This document shows positions 9,887 through 18,080 of a DNA stretch of 64,000 nt, piece after piece; within the stretch, counting starts at the first letter, position 1, and each line of letters opens with the position of its first letter. Position numbers and translations under genes: made by a program. The notes under the pieces are model-generated. The model was not told the origin of the DNA. It saw only the letters and a list, made by a program, of their open reading frames with translations, and searched no databases. The stretch covers positions 6,979 through 70,978 of the forward strand of contig JAFTFC010000001.1 in NCBI GenBank assembly GCA_017449725.1, written 5' to 3'. This DNA comes from Prevotella sp. GTDB lineage: Bacteria; Bacteroidota; Bacteroidia; Bacteroidales; Bacteroidaceae.

Positions 9887-11227
9887 ATGGGCGGAGACAT
9901 TATACCATACGCGGCAGGGCAACTGTCGAATCTACTAGGCGGAGCGGCGAGCAGGGCAGTCGCTCCAGCCATAACTAACGCAGCGGCAAAGTCTGGCGGA
10001 GTTATGATGTCTAACCTATTGGGAAACGCAACTAAAATACCGGTGGCGCAGGTGTCTACTCCGGCGCAACAAATCTCCGTAAAAGAGCCAGAGATGGTAG
10101 ACCTATTTAGAGGAATGTCGGCTAAAACCGACGACGACCTCACGAGTTTTGTAAAAGACCTCGCGAATAGGGAAGTGCAACCAGCCACTTATGGTGGAGG
10201 GAATATGCAGGGAGAGGGCTATAACTTCTCTACTGGTAAAGACGTGGCGGAGTATTATGCTACTCGCAATCCTATTAACGAAAGTCGAACCATCGTCTCT
10301 ACTAAAGTGCCAAAGAACCGGTTTATCACTCAAAACGAACAGAACCAAAACCGGCTTGTGGATTTTGTGCGCCGTGCAGAGGGGCGAGGCTACTCATACG
10401 AGGACGGCTCGAGCGCAGCGCAGGGCTTGAAAGATATGCAAAAATACTTTAAGAAAAACGGTATACTCGGCGTGAAAAGCAATAGCGGCGGAACTTACGT
10501 TATCAACAGCAACAGCGACGACTGGCTAAACAATCTCAAAGTGCTAGACGCAATGAAAGGCAGGAGAGAGGGAATCACGCAGGATTCGGAGTTGCTATCG
10601 AGGTTGCAGAACACCGTAGACCAAGAAATAAACAACAAAGTGTCGGGCTGGGTGGATTCAGGCTATTTAAGGGCTAGAGGAAACATGGAAAAGGTGGCGG
10701 AATCGGCAGGAAATACCAAAATCGACAAGGTTTATAACGCCATTGCCAAGTACAAAGAAGCCAACAAACAGAATATGGTGCGCGATATGATAGAATACTA
10801 CGATAATGACAACTTCGACTGGGCAGGTTTACAGAGGAGGGCGGAGAAGATAGTAAAAGCCGACTACGGCGACCAAGTATGGAGTGACCTAAAATCAGTG
10901 GTAGAACCGGCAGTGAATGACGCGCCAAGCGAAGCAGCGCACCAGACTAACGTATCAGTATTACGCAACTTCCTAAATAGCAAGTACAGCGATAAGATAG
11001 TAAAGGCGAGTAGAGAACTCGTAAAGCCGGGTACTAAAATATACCGCGTAGGCACTCCAGACGGTATATTCTGGTCTACGAAAAAGAGCGTCGGCGCAGG
11101 TTATGACGGAGCCGAGAATACAGCCATATTGAAAGCGAGCGACCGGTATATCGCGCCACAATTTACCGGTCTAGTGAAAAAGACTTTAAGTGACGAGTCA
11201 GAGGTTATCTTTTTGCCACGAAAATAA
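9887..11227 (+). CDS. Putative ejected protein with ADP-ribosyltransferase-like domains
   Basis: LFRG...GEGYNFST...AEYYA and IYRVG...WST...ESEVIF motifs; AAGGAGG RBS. Confidence 0.5.
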   Translation: MGGDIIPYAAGQLSNLLGGAASRAVAPAITNAAAKSGGVMMSNLLGNATKIPVAQVSTPAQQISVKEPEMVDLFRGMSAKTDDDLTSFVKDLANREVQPATYGGGNMQGEGYNFSTGKDVAEYYATRNPINESRTIVSTKVPKNRFITQNEQNQNRLVDFVRRAEGRGYSYEDGSSAAQGLKDMQKYFKKNGILGVKSNSGGTYVINSNSDDWLNNLKVLDAMKGRREGITQDSELLSRLQNTVDQEINNKVSGWVDSGYLRARGNMEKVAESAGNTKIDKVYNAIAKYKEANKQNMVRDMIEYYDNDNFDWAGLQRRAEKIVKADYGDQVWSDLKSVVEPAVNDAPSEAAHQTNVSVLRNFLNSKYSDKIVKASRELVKPGTKIYRVGTPDGIFWSTKKSVGAGYDGAENTAILKASDRYIAPQFTGLVKKTLSDESEVIFLPRK

Positions 11228-11238
11228 CCAAAAGCCTA

Positions 11239-11267
11239 TTGACAAAACCGAAAGGGTGTGCTATACT
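11239..11267 (+). promoter_or_regulatory. Sigma70-type promoter
   Basis: TTGACA-17 nt-TATACT with extended -10 TG. Confidence 0.8.
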
Positions 11268-11302
11268 GGAGGTATAGTCAATAAGCAAGAAAGGAGCAAA
11301 AA

Positions 11303-11593
11303 ATGACTAAAGAAAAATCCAATAAATATGCGGTCTTAACCGACCAAGATATTAAAATTATCAAGAGTGACCCAGAGGGTCTAGCGGACTACGTGATTCG
11401 CAACAAAGTACGCGCTACTCGCAAGACTATGATTATCATATCTATATTCGCAGTAGCAGCCGCTTTCGCAGCAGGTGTATTCTGCGGTATGGGAATCACG
11501 CGCGAGTCTATTCCTAACAATGTCGTGCAAATCAAAATCGGCAACGATGGCGAGGTAGCGAGCGACATCAACACCGAAGCCGAGGGAAAATAG
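11303..11593 (+). CDS. Single-TM membrane protein; N-terminal part of a putative frameshift fusion
   Basis: AGAAAGGAG RBS; hydrophobic IIISIFAVAAAFAAGVFCGMGI; ends G GGA AAA TAG. Confidence 0.8.
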   Translation: MTKEKSNKYAVLTDQDIKIIKSDPEGLADYVIRNKVRATRKTMIIISIFAVAAAFAAGVFCGMGITRESIPNNVVQIKIGNDGEVASDINTEAEGK

Positions 11594-11627
11594 ACGGCTC
11601 GGCGGCGGAACCCGACCCGACCGAGCC
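11584..11627 (+). other. Putative -1 programmed ribosomal frameshift signal
   Basis: Slippery GGGAAAA (11584-11590), 5-nt spacer, stem GGCTCGG/CCGAGCC (11596-11627). Confidence 0.7.
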
Positions 11628-11943
11628 TCTTACAGGGTGCGACCTAGTTCGTCACGAGGTATCTAAATGGTCTGACTGGGACGTAGACGTTATGGTGGCA
11701 ATATCTCAAGCAGAGAGCCACTGTCGTACTGACGCAGTTGGAGACACGAATATCACGTACGAGTATGCTGGTCGCACCTATGGCTATTCTATCGGCGCAT
11801 TACAGGTACGGATTCTGCCCGGACGTGAACACTGCGAGGACGGGGAGAACTACTGGGAGTGCGCGCATAGTATATGGCAATCACAGGGCTACCGCGCATG
11901 GAGCGTATGGTCGAATAACAAATATCTCGATTTTATGAAGTAG
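11590..11943 (+). CDS. Lysozyme-like/lytic transglycosylase (SLT-type) domain, probably reached by -1 frameshift
   Basis: AISQAES (catalytic Glu), GALQV and W..QGY.AWS motifs; frame open from 11518 with first ATG only at 11692. Confidence 0.7.
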   Translation: MDGSAAEPDPTEPLTGCDLVRHEVSKWSDWDVDVMVAISQAESHCRTDAVGDTNITYEYAGRTYGYSIGALQVRILPGREHCEDGENYWECAHSIWQSQGYRAWSVWSNNKYLDFMK

Positions 11944-11999
11944 CGGTTGTATGTTATAATAGTGTTATATTAACCTTATCGCGAAAAGGAAGAAAAAAT

Positions 12000-12503
12000 A
12001 TGACAGCAACCGCAACATGGTATGAGAGGAACGGAGCAAGTGGTTCTACCACGAATACAGCCGTCTCTAACTGTGACTGGAAGTCAACGGACGACGCGTC
12101 GGCTTCCCGCATTAACTACCCCGTGACAGCGGGCAACAATTCATACCACAAATATAATTACGTCGCATTTACTGGCGCATTTAACCAGATTTCAAACGTC
12201 AAAGTGGCGCATACATCAGGTACGCTAGGCACTGGCATATCTCTAAAAGGTAAAACTACCAATACCTACGCTACACCGGCGACATCTGCTCTCGGTAGCG
12301 CAACCGATATGACATCTCCGACCACTATTTCTAGCGGTCTATCTGTCAAACTCGGCACAAGCGACCCGACATACGCCACGAATAACACGCTATCTAGCGC
12401 TGGTTATACGGCATTTATTATTACGCAGGTACAAACTACGTCGTCTGCGACAGCCGGTGATTCTGGAACTGCTACATTGACGCTGCAATACGACGAAAAC
12501 TAG
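12000..12503 (+). CDS. Thr/Ser-rich virion structural protein
   Basis: TGTTATAAT promoter and AAAGGA RBS; beta-rich composition. Confidence 0.65.
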   Translation: MTATATWYERNGASGSTTNTAVSNCDWKSTDDASASRINYPVTAGNNSYHKYNYVAFTGAFNQISNVKVAHTSGTLGTGISLKGKTTNTYATPATSALGSATDMTSPTTISSGLSVKLGTSDPTYATNNTLSSAGYTAFIITQVQTTSSATAGDSGTATLTLQYDEN

Positions 12504-12515
12504 AAAGGAGACAAT

Positions 12516-13502
12516 ATGGCTGATTTTGAACACAATAAAGCCAATCTGGGAGCGGCTACGCTATCGTCAGCCATAACCAGTTCGCAAACGAGTATCACGG
12601 TAGACGCTAGCGACGCTAGTACATTCCCCAGTACTCCATTTTATGCGACAATATCTCCAATCGGCGAAACTCCGAATCTTCTCAACGCAGAAATAGTAAA
12701 AGTGACCGCAATATCTTCCGGAACTCTCACTGTGGCGCGCGGACAACGCAGCACAACGGCAAAAGCGTTCGCAGCAGGCTCTGTCATATTTAATGGCGTG
12801 TATACGCAGGATTTAGACTATGCACAAGCCGTAGGGAGGGCGTTTTTCACGGCTTCCTACTCCGCAGGTGTATTCTATATCAACAACGCTATGCTGCCTA
12901 CTACCCCGACAGATGGTATGTCTATAAGAGTGATATTTTCGCAAGATGTCACCACAGGGGCAGTCGGCGTATCTCTGAACAACGGCACGACGTACAATGT
13001 TTACGCAGGCGCTGCCATAACGTCGGACCACGGCTCCGCTACGACGAATCCGCAAGTAAAGTCCGGTATAATTTATGAGTTGGTATTCTATAATGGCGCA
13101 TGGTACGTCATGAATCTACCAGCCAACAACTCGATAACGTCGGACAATATAGATTTTACGACATTGCGCAAGGTATTATACGATGGCGGAGACACTGGAA
13201 CGACGGGCGATGTGGCGCTCTCCGAGTCTGCTGCGAACTACGAGTATATGGTGATTTATTTCCGACCGAACGACGGTTATTTGTCAAGCACCAAAATACG
13301 CAACCCCAACGGCAAACGAGCGTTCTTGATTTCTGGCTACGCCGGTGGCGGTACCTCTGACACTTCGGGCTGGAATATTAAGTTAAAGGTGGTGTCTATA
13401 TCTGGCACGTCGATAACTCCATTCGCTTACAAGGAGTATAACGGCTCCGTGGCGAACTCAAACTATATCTATATTACAAGGATTGAGGGCTGGAATATCT
13501 AG
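12516..13502 (+). CDS. Tail fibre/receptor-binding protein with switchable C-terminus
   Basis: TLSSAITSSQTSITV...EIVKVT...LTVARG...TTAKAF fibre-type N-terminus; contains a recombination-like site encoding NIDFTTL. Confidence 0.75.
   Translation: MADFEHNKANLGAATLSSAITSSQTSITVDASDASTFPSTPFYATISPIGETPNLLNAEIVKVTAISSGTLTVARGQRSTTAKAFAAGSVIFNGVYTQDLDYAQAVGRAFFTASYSAGVFYINNAMLPTTPTDGMSIRVIFSQDVTTGAVGVSLNNGTTYNVYAGAAITSDHGSATTNPQVKSGIIYELVFYNGAWYVMNLPANNSITSDNIDFTTLRKVLYDGGDTGTTGDVALSESAANYEYMVIYFRPNDGYLSSTKIRNPNGKRAFLISGYAGGGTSDTSGWNIKLKVVSISGTSITPFAYKEYNGSVANSNYIYITRIEGWNI
13137..13164 (+). repeat. Left inversion site (11-6-11 dyad, dif-like)
   Basis: ACGTCGGACAA TATAGA TTTTACGACAT; the 20 bp at 13146-13165 are perfectly inverted at 13875-13894. 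Confidence 0.85.
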
Positions 13503-13903
13503 CGGATTCTTCGTGCTATCATATACCCATCATAGATAGAGAACGACAGACTAGCCGCGCCTAAACGCACTGCTGCGCGAAATCTGCCAGAGGTGCCGGT
13601 GGCTTTAGCGATAATTGACGCAATTCTGCCTATACCTACACTATCAGTAAGCGTAGAACCTGCGGCAGCCACGGTAGAGAACCCAGAAACAAGGTCTACC
13701 GACAAATCGAACTCCGCAGACTGCCCCCAACCGAGAAAGTTCGTACGCACCTCTAACTCATAAACCGCGTTTTGTACCGTATCAAAAGTTAAATCCCAGC
13801 CAGACGGGTAGTTGTTCGCCCATGCAGTAGCGCTAGAGGTCATATTCACTCGCTTGCAGGCTTTATAGTTGTATAATGTCGTAAAATCTATATTCTGCGA
13901 CAT
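13499..13903 (-). CDS. Silent alternative tail-fibre C-terminal cassette
   Basis: Begins MSQNIDFTTL, in frame with the site; no RBS; converges on the fibre gene and shares CTAG stops. Confidence 0.75.
   Translation of the reverse strand: MSQNIDFTTLYNYKACKRVNMTSSATAWANNYPSGWDLTFDTVQNAVYELEVRTNFLGWGQSAEFDLSVDLVSGFSTVAAAGSTLTDSVGIGRIASIIAKATGTSGRFRAAVRLGAASLSFSIYDGYMIARRIR
13876..13903 (-). repeat. Right inversion site (11-6-11 dyad, dif-like)
   Basis: Minus strand reads ATGTCGCAGAA TATAGA TTTTACGACAT. Confidence 0.85.
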
Positions 13904-13910
13904 AAAACTA

Positions 13911-13938
13911 TTGACACTCGTTCCGGTTATGATAAAAT
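13911..13938 (+). promoter_or_regulatory. Promoter for the capsid/DGR operon
   Basis: TTGACA-16 nt-TAAAAT with TG extension. Confidence 0.6.
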
Positions 13939-14006
13939 GATATTGAGGCTACACCCACAGCGGGTGGGCTTTTTAGTATCAAAAAATAATTAAGAAAGGA
14001 CAAACT

Positions 14007-15086
14007 ATGGTATTTAGTGAAAGAGTCACTGACATTACCTACAACGAGATTCTTCCTACGATTGTAGATTTCGTCAACAACTCCAACATCTTTACCGCTC
14101 GTGTTATGTCTAACGTAAAGACTTGGCGCGGCGTAAATATCAAGCAGCCAATCCGTATTGCTAACAGTACGACTGGCGGTTCGTTCGATGGTCTCGATAC
14201 TTTCGATACCTCTACTACGAACAATACCCGTACCTTGACTTGGTACGTGAAAGCCTACGAACAGAGTGTGGTCGTTCCGGGCATTGAAAAAGCCGTAAAC
14301 GGCAACAGCGAGAAGCAGGTTATCTCTCTCGTGACTGACCGTCTCGACGAGGCTAAAATCTCCCTTACTCAAGCCATCGGCGATTTGCTTTATGGCAACG
14401 GTGTGGGCAAAGACATTGAGGGTCTAGGACTTATCGTAGACGATGGTACTACCTCTGCAACTTACGGTGGTTTGAACCGTAGCGAAGTTGCTGGTGCTAA
14501 CGCAGACGTGACTGCTGCTGGTAGCGGTATTATCTCGCTCGCATTAGTCCGTAGCGAAATGACCGCAGTTTCTGCTGCTGGTGCTGGGCAAGAAGCCCCA
14601 ACAATCGCTCTTACGACTCCTGAAGTTTGGGATTTGTTCGAGTCTCTATTGACTCCTACCATCTCTGCTCGCTATGATGTCACTGATGTTAAGGGCTACA
14701 ACCGCGTATCTGGTAAAACTCCTATGGGTACTACGGTTCCTGAAAGCGAACTCAAAGGCGCTGCTGGATTCGTCGCTATCTCATTTAGAGGTCGTCCAGT
14801 CGTGGCTGACGACAAGTGTCCTGCTGGCTTATTCTTCTGGCTAAACGAACACTATCTGTCATTCTACCGCTTACTCTCTAGCGATTTACGCTCGGTAGAT
14901 TCTAACCCGACCAAGACCGAGGGTGCGAACGAAGACATTAAACAGCCATCGTTCTTGCAACTCAAGGACTTTATGTCGCCAATCAACCAATTCGGTGAAA
15001 TTGGTGCCTTAATCGTGATGGGCAACCTCATCTGTAAGGCTCCTCGCCGACAAGGTAAGATTACTGGTATCACTACCACGGCTTAA
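14007..15086 (+). CDS. Major capsid protein
   Basis: 359 aa; HK97-like features (LLYGNG..KDIEGL..IVD, FRGRPVVAD..CP); strong codon bias; followed by a hairpin. Confidence 0.85.
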   Translation: MVFSERVTDITYNEILPTIVDFVNNSNIFTARVMSNVKTWRGVNIKQPIRIANSTTGGSFDGLDTFDTSTTNNTRTLTWYVKAYEQSVVVPGIEKAVNGNSEKQVISLVTDRLDEAKISLTQAIGDLLYGNGVGKDIEGLGLIVDDGTTSATYGGLNRSEVAGANADVTAAGSGIISLALVRSEMTAVSAAGAGQEAPTIALTTPEVWDLFESLLTPTISARYDVTDVKGYNRVSGKTPMGTTVPESELKGAAGFVAISFRGRPVVADDKCPAGLFFWLNEHYLSFYRLLSSDLRSVDSNPTKTEGANEDIKQPSFLQLKDFMSPINQFGEIGALIVMGNLICKAPRRQGKITGITTTA

Positions 15087-15091
15087 CCAAC

Positions 15092-15117
15092 TTCCGGCAG
15101 GGGCAACTCTGCCGGAA
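15092..15117 (+). terminator. Stem-loop after the capsid gene (partial terminator or stabiliser)
   Basis: TTCCGGCAGGG-GCAA-CTCTGCCGGAA, with no U-tract. Confidence 0.55.
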
Positions 15118-15155
15118 TGAACGATAATTTAATAATTTAAGAAAGGAAAAGCATT

Positions 15156-15668
15156 ATGGCTTCTACTATTGACAAAACCATACTCGTAGAGGGTGGGTTG
15201 TACAACGTAGACACTGCGCCTCGCTACCCATTAGGGTTTGAGGTGGAAGACGACAACGGTAAGAAATATCGCTACATCAAAGCGACTGCTGCTCTTGCTG
15301 CTGGTACGTCTTACGGTCTCGCTGGCTTTACTGCCATGACCGCTACTGCGGCTAACGGTGGTGCTGCCGTGTCAACAACCACTCCTAACTCTGCTGTCTC
15401 CGGCGATTTAGTCGGGCAGATTGTAAAGGTGACTCGTGGTGGCAACGTTATCGGCGCTTACCCAATTACCGAGGACATCTGGACTTCTGGTACGGCTCAC
15501 ACCGTAAAAATCCCAGAGGTAAAGAGTGGCGATACTCTCGCTCTTGTGGGTACCAACGTCGGTTTGTGTGGCGGTTCCGCCTCCTCGACTGCTGGTGACA
15601 CCAACGGTATACCTATGGCTCCTATTGCTTCGGGTTCCTACGGCTTCGTATTACTAGCAGAATACTAG
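15156..15668 (+). CDS. Putative capsid decoration/cement protein
   Basis: Directly after the capsid gene, same codon bias; PLG....D.G..YRY.KA...GSYGFV pattern. Confidence 0.65.
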   Translation: MASTIDKTILVEGGLYNVDTAPRYPLGFEVEDDNGKKYRYIKATAALAAGTSYGLAGFTAMTATAANGGAAVSTTTPNSAVSGDLVGQIVKVTRGGNVIGAYPITEDIWTSGTAHTVKIPEVKSGDTLALVGTNVGLCGGSASSTAGDTNGIPMAPIASGSYGFVLLAEY

Positions 15669-15703
15669 ACCGATAAACATTAACGCTAGAAAGGGAAAAA
15701 TCT

Positions 15704-17209
15704 ATGTCTTATAACATTGAAAAAACCAATCTGGCAGAGGGGCTACTCGAGCAAGTCGACATTAAGCCCCGGTACCCTTTAGGGTTCCGCACTCGCGACG
15801 CAGAGGGTCGGGAATACGTCTACGTAAAGGCTATTGAAAACCTTACGGCAGGCGTACCCGTCCTAGGCGTCGCCAGAACGGGGCTTACTATTGTATCAGG
15901 GTCTGTTTCAGATAGGTGCTTTAAGATAAGCGCGGCTCAACCTAGCCTCGCAACTGACAATTTTAACGTCAACGAACTAAAAGGCACTCTTATTAAAATC
16001 ACGGATTCTAACAGCCAAGTAAAAGGCGTATACCCGATTACAGACGCTAGTTATGATGGTGTGAGGTATTTAGTAGTGTGTCCGGAAGTGAAAACAGGTG
16101 ACACGGTAGCGTTCGCAAACGGCGCTCCAGTGGTTGCTGCTGGCGGTGCTTCTTCTACCGATGGTGGTGCTATTAACTGTACTCCTATTGCTGATATGGC
16201 AGAGGGTACGTACGGATTCGTAGTACCTGACACGGCAAGCGGCGCTCCTGCAAACTCTGGCTCTCATAACGTGACTCGTGGTAGGGATTTAACCAGTCTA
16301 TACACCATAGACGAGTTATCTGCCAAGGTTCAAGCCGGCGATTTCTCCGACATTTATGTAGGTGACTATATCACCAAGAAAGTAAAGGTCGGGAATAACA
16401 CCGAGCGTGAGTTGGATTTCGTAGTAGCAGGTATTGACTACTGGTACGGAATCGGCGACCAAGGGCAGGGTCTCGAAACACATCACCTCTTAATGGTGCC
16501 AGATACGGCGTTCTATGAACTCGCGCAGATGAATGGTACTAACACCACTACTGGCGGTTATTACGGTTCTGCTATGCACGGTATCGCAAGCCCGGCGTAT
16601 ACTGCTGGTACTGGCGGTGCTTTGACGAGCGTAGTGGCTGATTACGAGACGTTTTTGCATACTACACTGGGTGCTAATGACGGTGAATATACATTTACCC
16701 ACAATGGCTCCAAGTGGCAATATGATGGCGCAGACGTTGGCGCTAACTTGACCTCTTATGGTATCACCTACTCCGGTACTCCGGTGTCTGGTGACGAGAT
16801 TGTACTCACGTTCGCGAAAGGGAATCTTGAACCATATCGTCAAGCGATTTACGCAGCGTTTGGAGACAGCCATATATTGACTCACCGTACATATATGACG
16901 ACATCGACTTCTGCCGGTGCATGGCACAATGCCCGCGTGGAACTCATGAACGAGTGTATGGTTTACGGCAGTAAAATATACGCCAACAACAGCGAGGGTG
17001 AGCGTGTTGCGCCAATTCAGTTGCCATATTTCCAAATGGAACCTCAAATGCGCATTGCGCACCGTGGCAAGGGTGGTTCGCGCTACAGCGCTTGGTTGTC
17101 GTCTATCAACAGCGGTTCTAACTTTTGCAGTGCCAACTACTACGGTCTTGCCCACGCCAGCACCGCGTCCGGCGCGTTTGTCGTTCGCCCGTATTTCCTG
17201 TTCGCCTAA
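15704..17209 (+). CDS. DGR target protein: decoration-like N-domain plus C-terminal variable (CLec-like) domain
   Basis: N-terminal ~175 aa paralogous to 15156-15668; ends WLSS...F....G.A....AS....VRP containing the VR. Confidence 0.9.
   Translation: MSYNIEKTNLAEGLLEQVDIKPRYPLGFRTRDAEGREYVYVKAIENLTAGVPVLGVARTGLTIVSGSVSDRCFKISAAQPSLATDNFNVNELKGTLIKITDSNSQVKGVYPITDASYDGVRYLVVCPEVKTGDTVAFANGAPVVAAGGASSTDGGAINCTPIADMAEGTYGFVVPDTASGAPANSGSHNVTRGRDLTSLYTIDELSAKVQAGDFSDIYVGDYITKKVKVGNNTERELDFVVAGIDYWYGIGDQGQGLETHHLLMVPDTAFYELAQMNGTNTTTGGYYGSAMHGIASPAYTAGTGGALTSVVADYETFLHTTLGANDGEYTFTHNGSKWQYDGADVGANLTSYGITYSGTPVSGDEIVLTFAKGNLEPYRQAIYAAFGDSHILTHRTYMTTSTSAGAWHNARVELMNECMVYGSKIYANNSEGERVAPIQLPYFQMEPQMRIAHRGKGGSRYSAWLSSINSGSNFCSANYYGLAHASTASGAFVVRPYFLFA
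17078..17191 (+). repeat. DGR variable repeat (VR)
   Basis: 114-nt ungapped match to the TR; 16 of 22 mismatches are at TR adenines. Confidence 0.95.
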
Positions 17210-17212
17210 ATC

Positions 17213-17233
17213 CGACCCCCCTTGTGGGGGTCG
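17213..17233 (+). promoter_or_regulatory. DGR target-recognition hairpin downstream of VR/IMH
   Basis: CGACCCCC-CTTGT-GGGGGTCG, 3 nt after the target stop codon. Confidence 0.8.
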
Positions 17234-17263
17234 TCCATGTATCACCCAAATAAGGAACGCAAA

Positions 17264-17809
17264 ATGTCAGTAATCAAAAACAAACGCAGTCTGTCAGATT
17301 TAGAGTTCTTTCACAATGCGATAAAATTACGCACGACCATGACCGATTTGTTGTTGCGCGATTTTGGCGTCAAAGCCAAAAACAAAAATGCGCAAGTTTA
17401 CCCAAAAAAGTTCAAAATGGACAAAGAGGACGGCGAACGGTTTATAGAATTGTGCGAAAAATACCAAATCACGTCAATCATTGAATCATACCCCGATTGG
17501 TTGATAAACGAAATGCGAACAAGCATTTTGGAAAATCTGCGCCAATTGCTCGCAAATATAACGTCCGCCAATTCAATATACCCCGTGTGTATTGACGAGT
17601 GGACGGAACGTCGTTTGCGGCAAGACCGGGCAATAGGGAACTGCGAAACCCTATTACAAGAAATGGCATACGTCATTGCGGTCATGCCGGTGGACGCGAA
17701 CAAATATATGCGATACGTTGACATGATTGAACGTGAAATCGCATTGTTGAAAGGCTGGCGAAAATCCGACAATAAATTGCGGAATCGGTTGCTTAACAAG
17801 AAAAAATGA
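17264..17809 (+). CDS. avd: DGR accessory variability determinant (Avd-like)
   Basis: Lies between VR and TR; basic helical protein; ANSIYP...R...Q..AI and EI.LLKGWRKSD motifs. Confidence 0.85.
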   Translation: MSVIKNKRSLSDLEFFHNAIKLRTTMTDLLLRDFGVKAKNKNAQVYPKKFKMDKEDGERFIELCEKYQITSIIESYPDWLINEMRTSILENLRQLLANITSANSIYPVCIDEWTERRLRQDRAIGNCETLLQEMAYVIAVMPVDANKYMRYVDMIEREIALLKGWRKSDNKLRNRLLNKKK

Positions 17810-17830
17810 TTTTATGGGGCATTTCCCATA

Positions 17831-17944
17831 TCGCGCAACAACGCTTGGTTGTCGTCTATCAACAGCGGTTCTAACTTCTGCAATGTCAACAACAACGGCA
17901 ATGCCAACAACAACAACGCGTCCAACTCGAATGCTGTTCGCCCG
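17831..17944 (+). ncRNA. DGR template repeat (TR)
   Basis: AAC-rich copy of the VR between avd and RT. Confidence 0.95.
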
Positions 17945-18080
17945 ATTTCGTGTACCCGTGCTATGAGTAGGCTAATGCCGACACGGAATACAGGAAAGGG
18001 GAGATTGTCCCTCCGTGAGGTAAACATATATCTTGACGCGACTAGATACGTCTACTGTCGCTGTGAGCGAGATACAAGCA

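Noticed and set aside
13137-13903. Second DGR target in the tail fibre
   Set aside because: No similarity to the TR seen; the repeat there is an inverted recombination-type site, not an adenine-variant copy
13952-13974. Hairpin plus T-run in the capsid gene leader as an attenuator
   Set aside because: Only 5-bp alternative stems (CACCC/GGGTG or CCCAC/GTGGG); too weak to call without data
16490-17245. 251-aa antisense ORF across the VR, and similar antisense ORFs (7474-8076, 21101-21598, 29340-29813)
   Set aside because: Shadows of strongly supported genes on the opposite strand; no RBS or recognisable motifs
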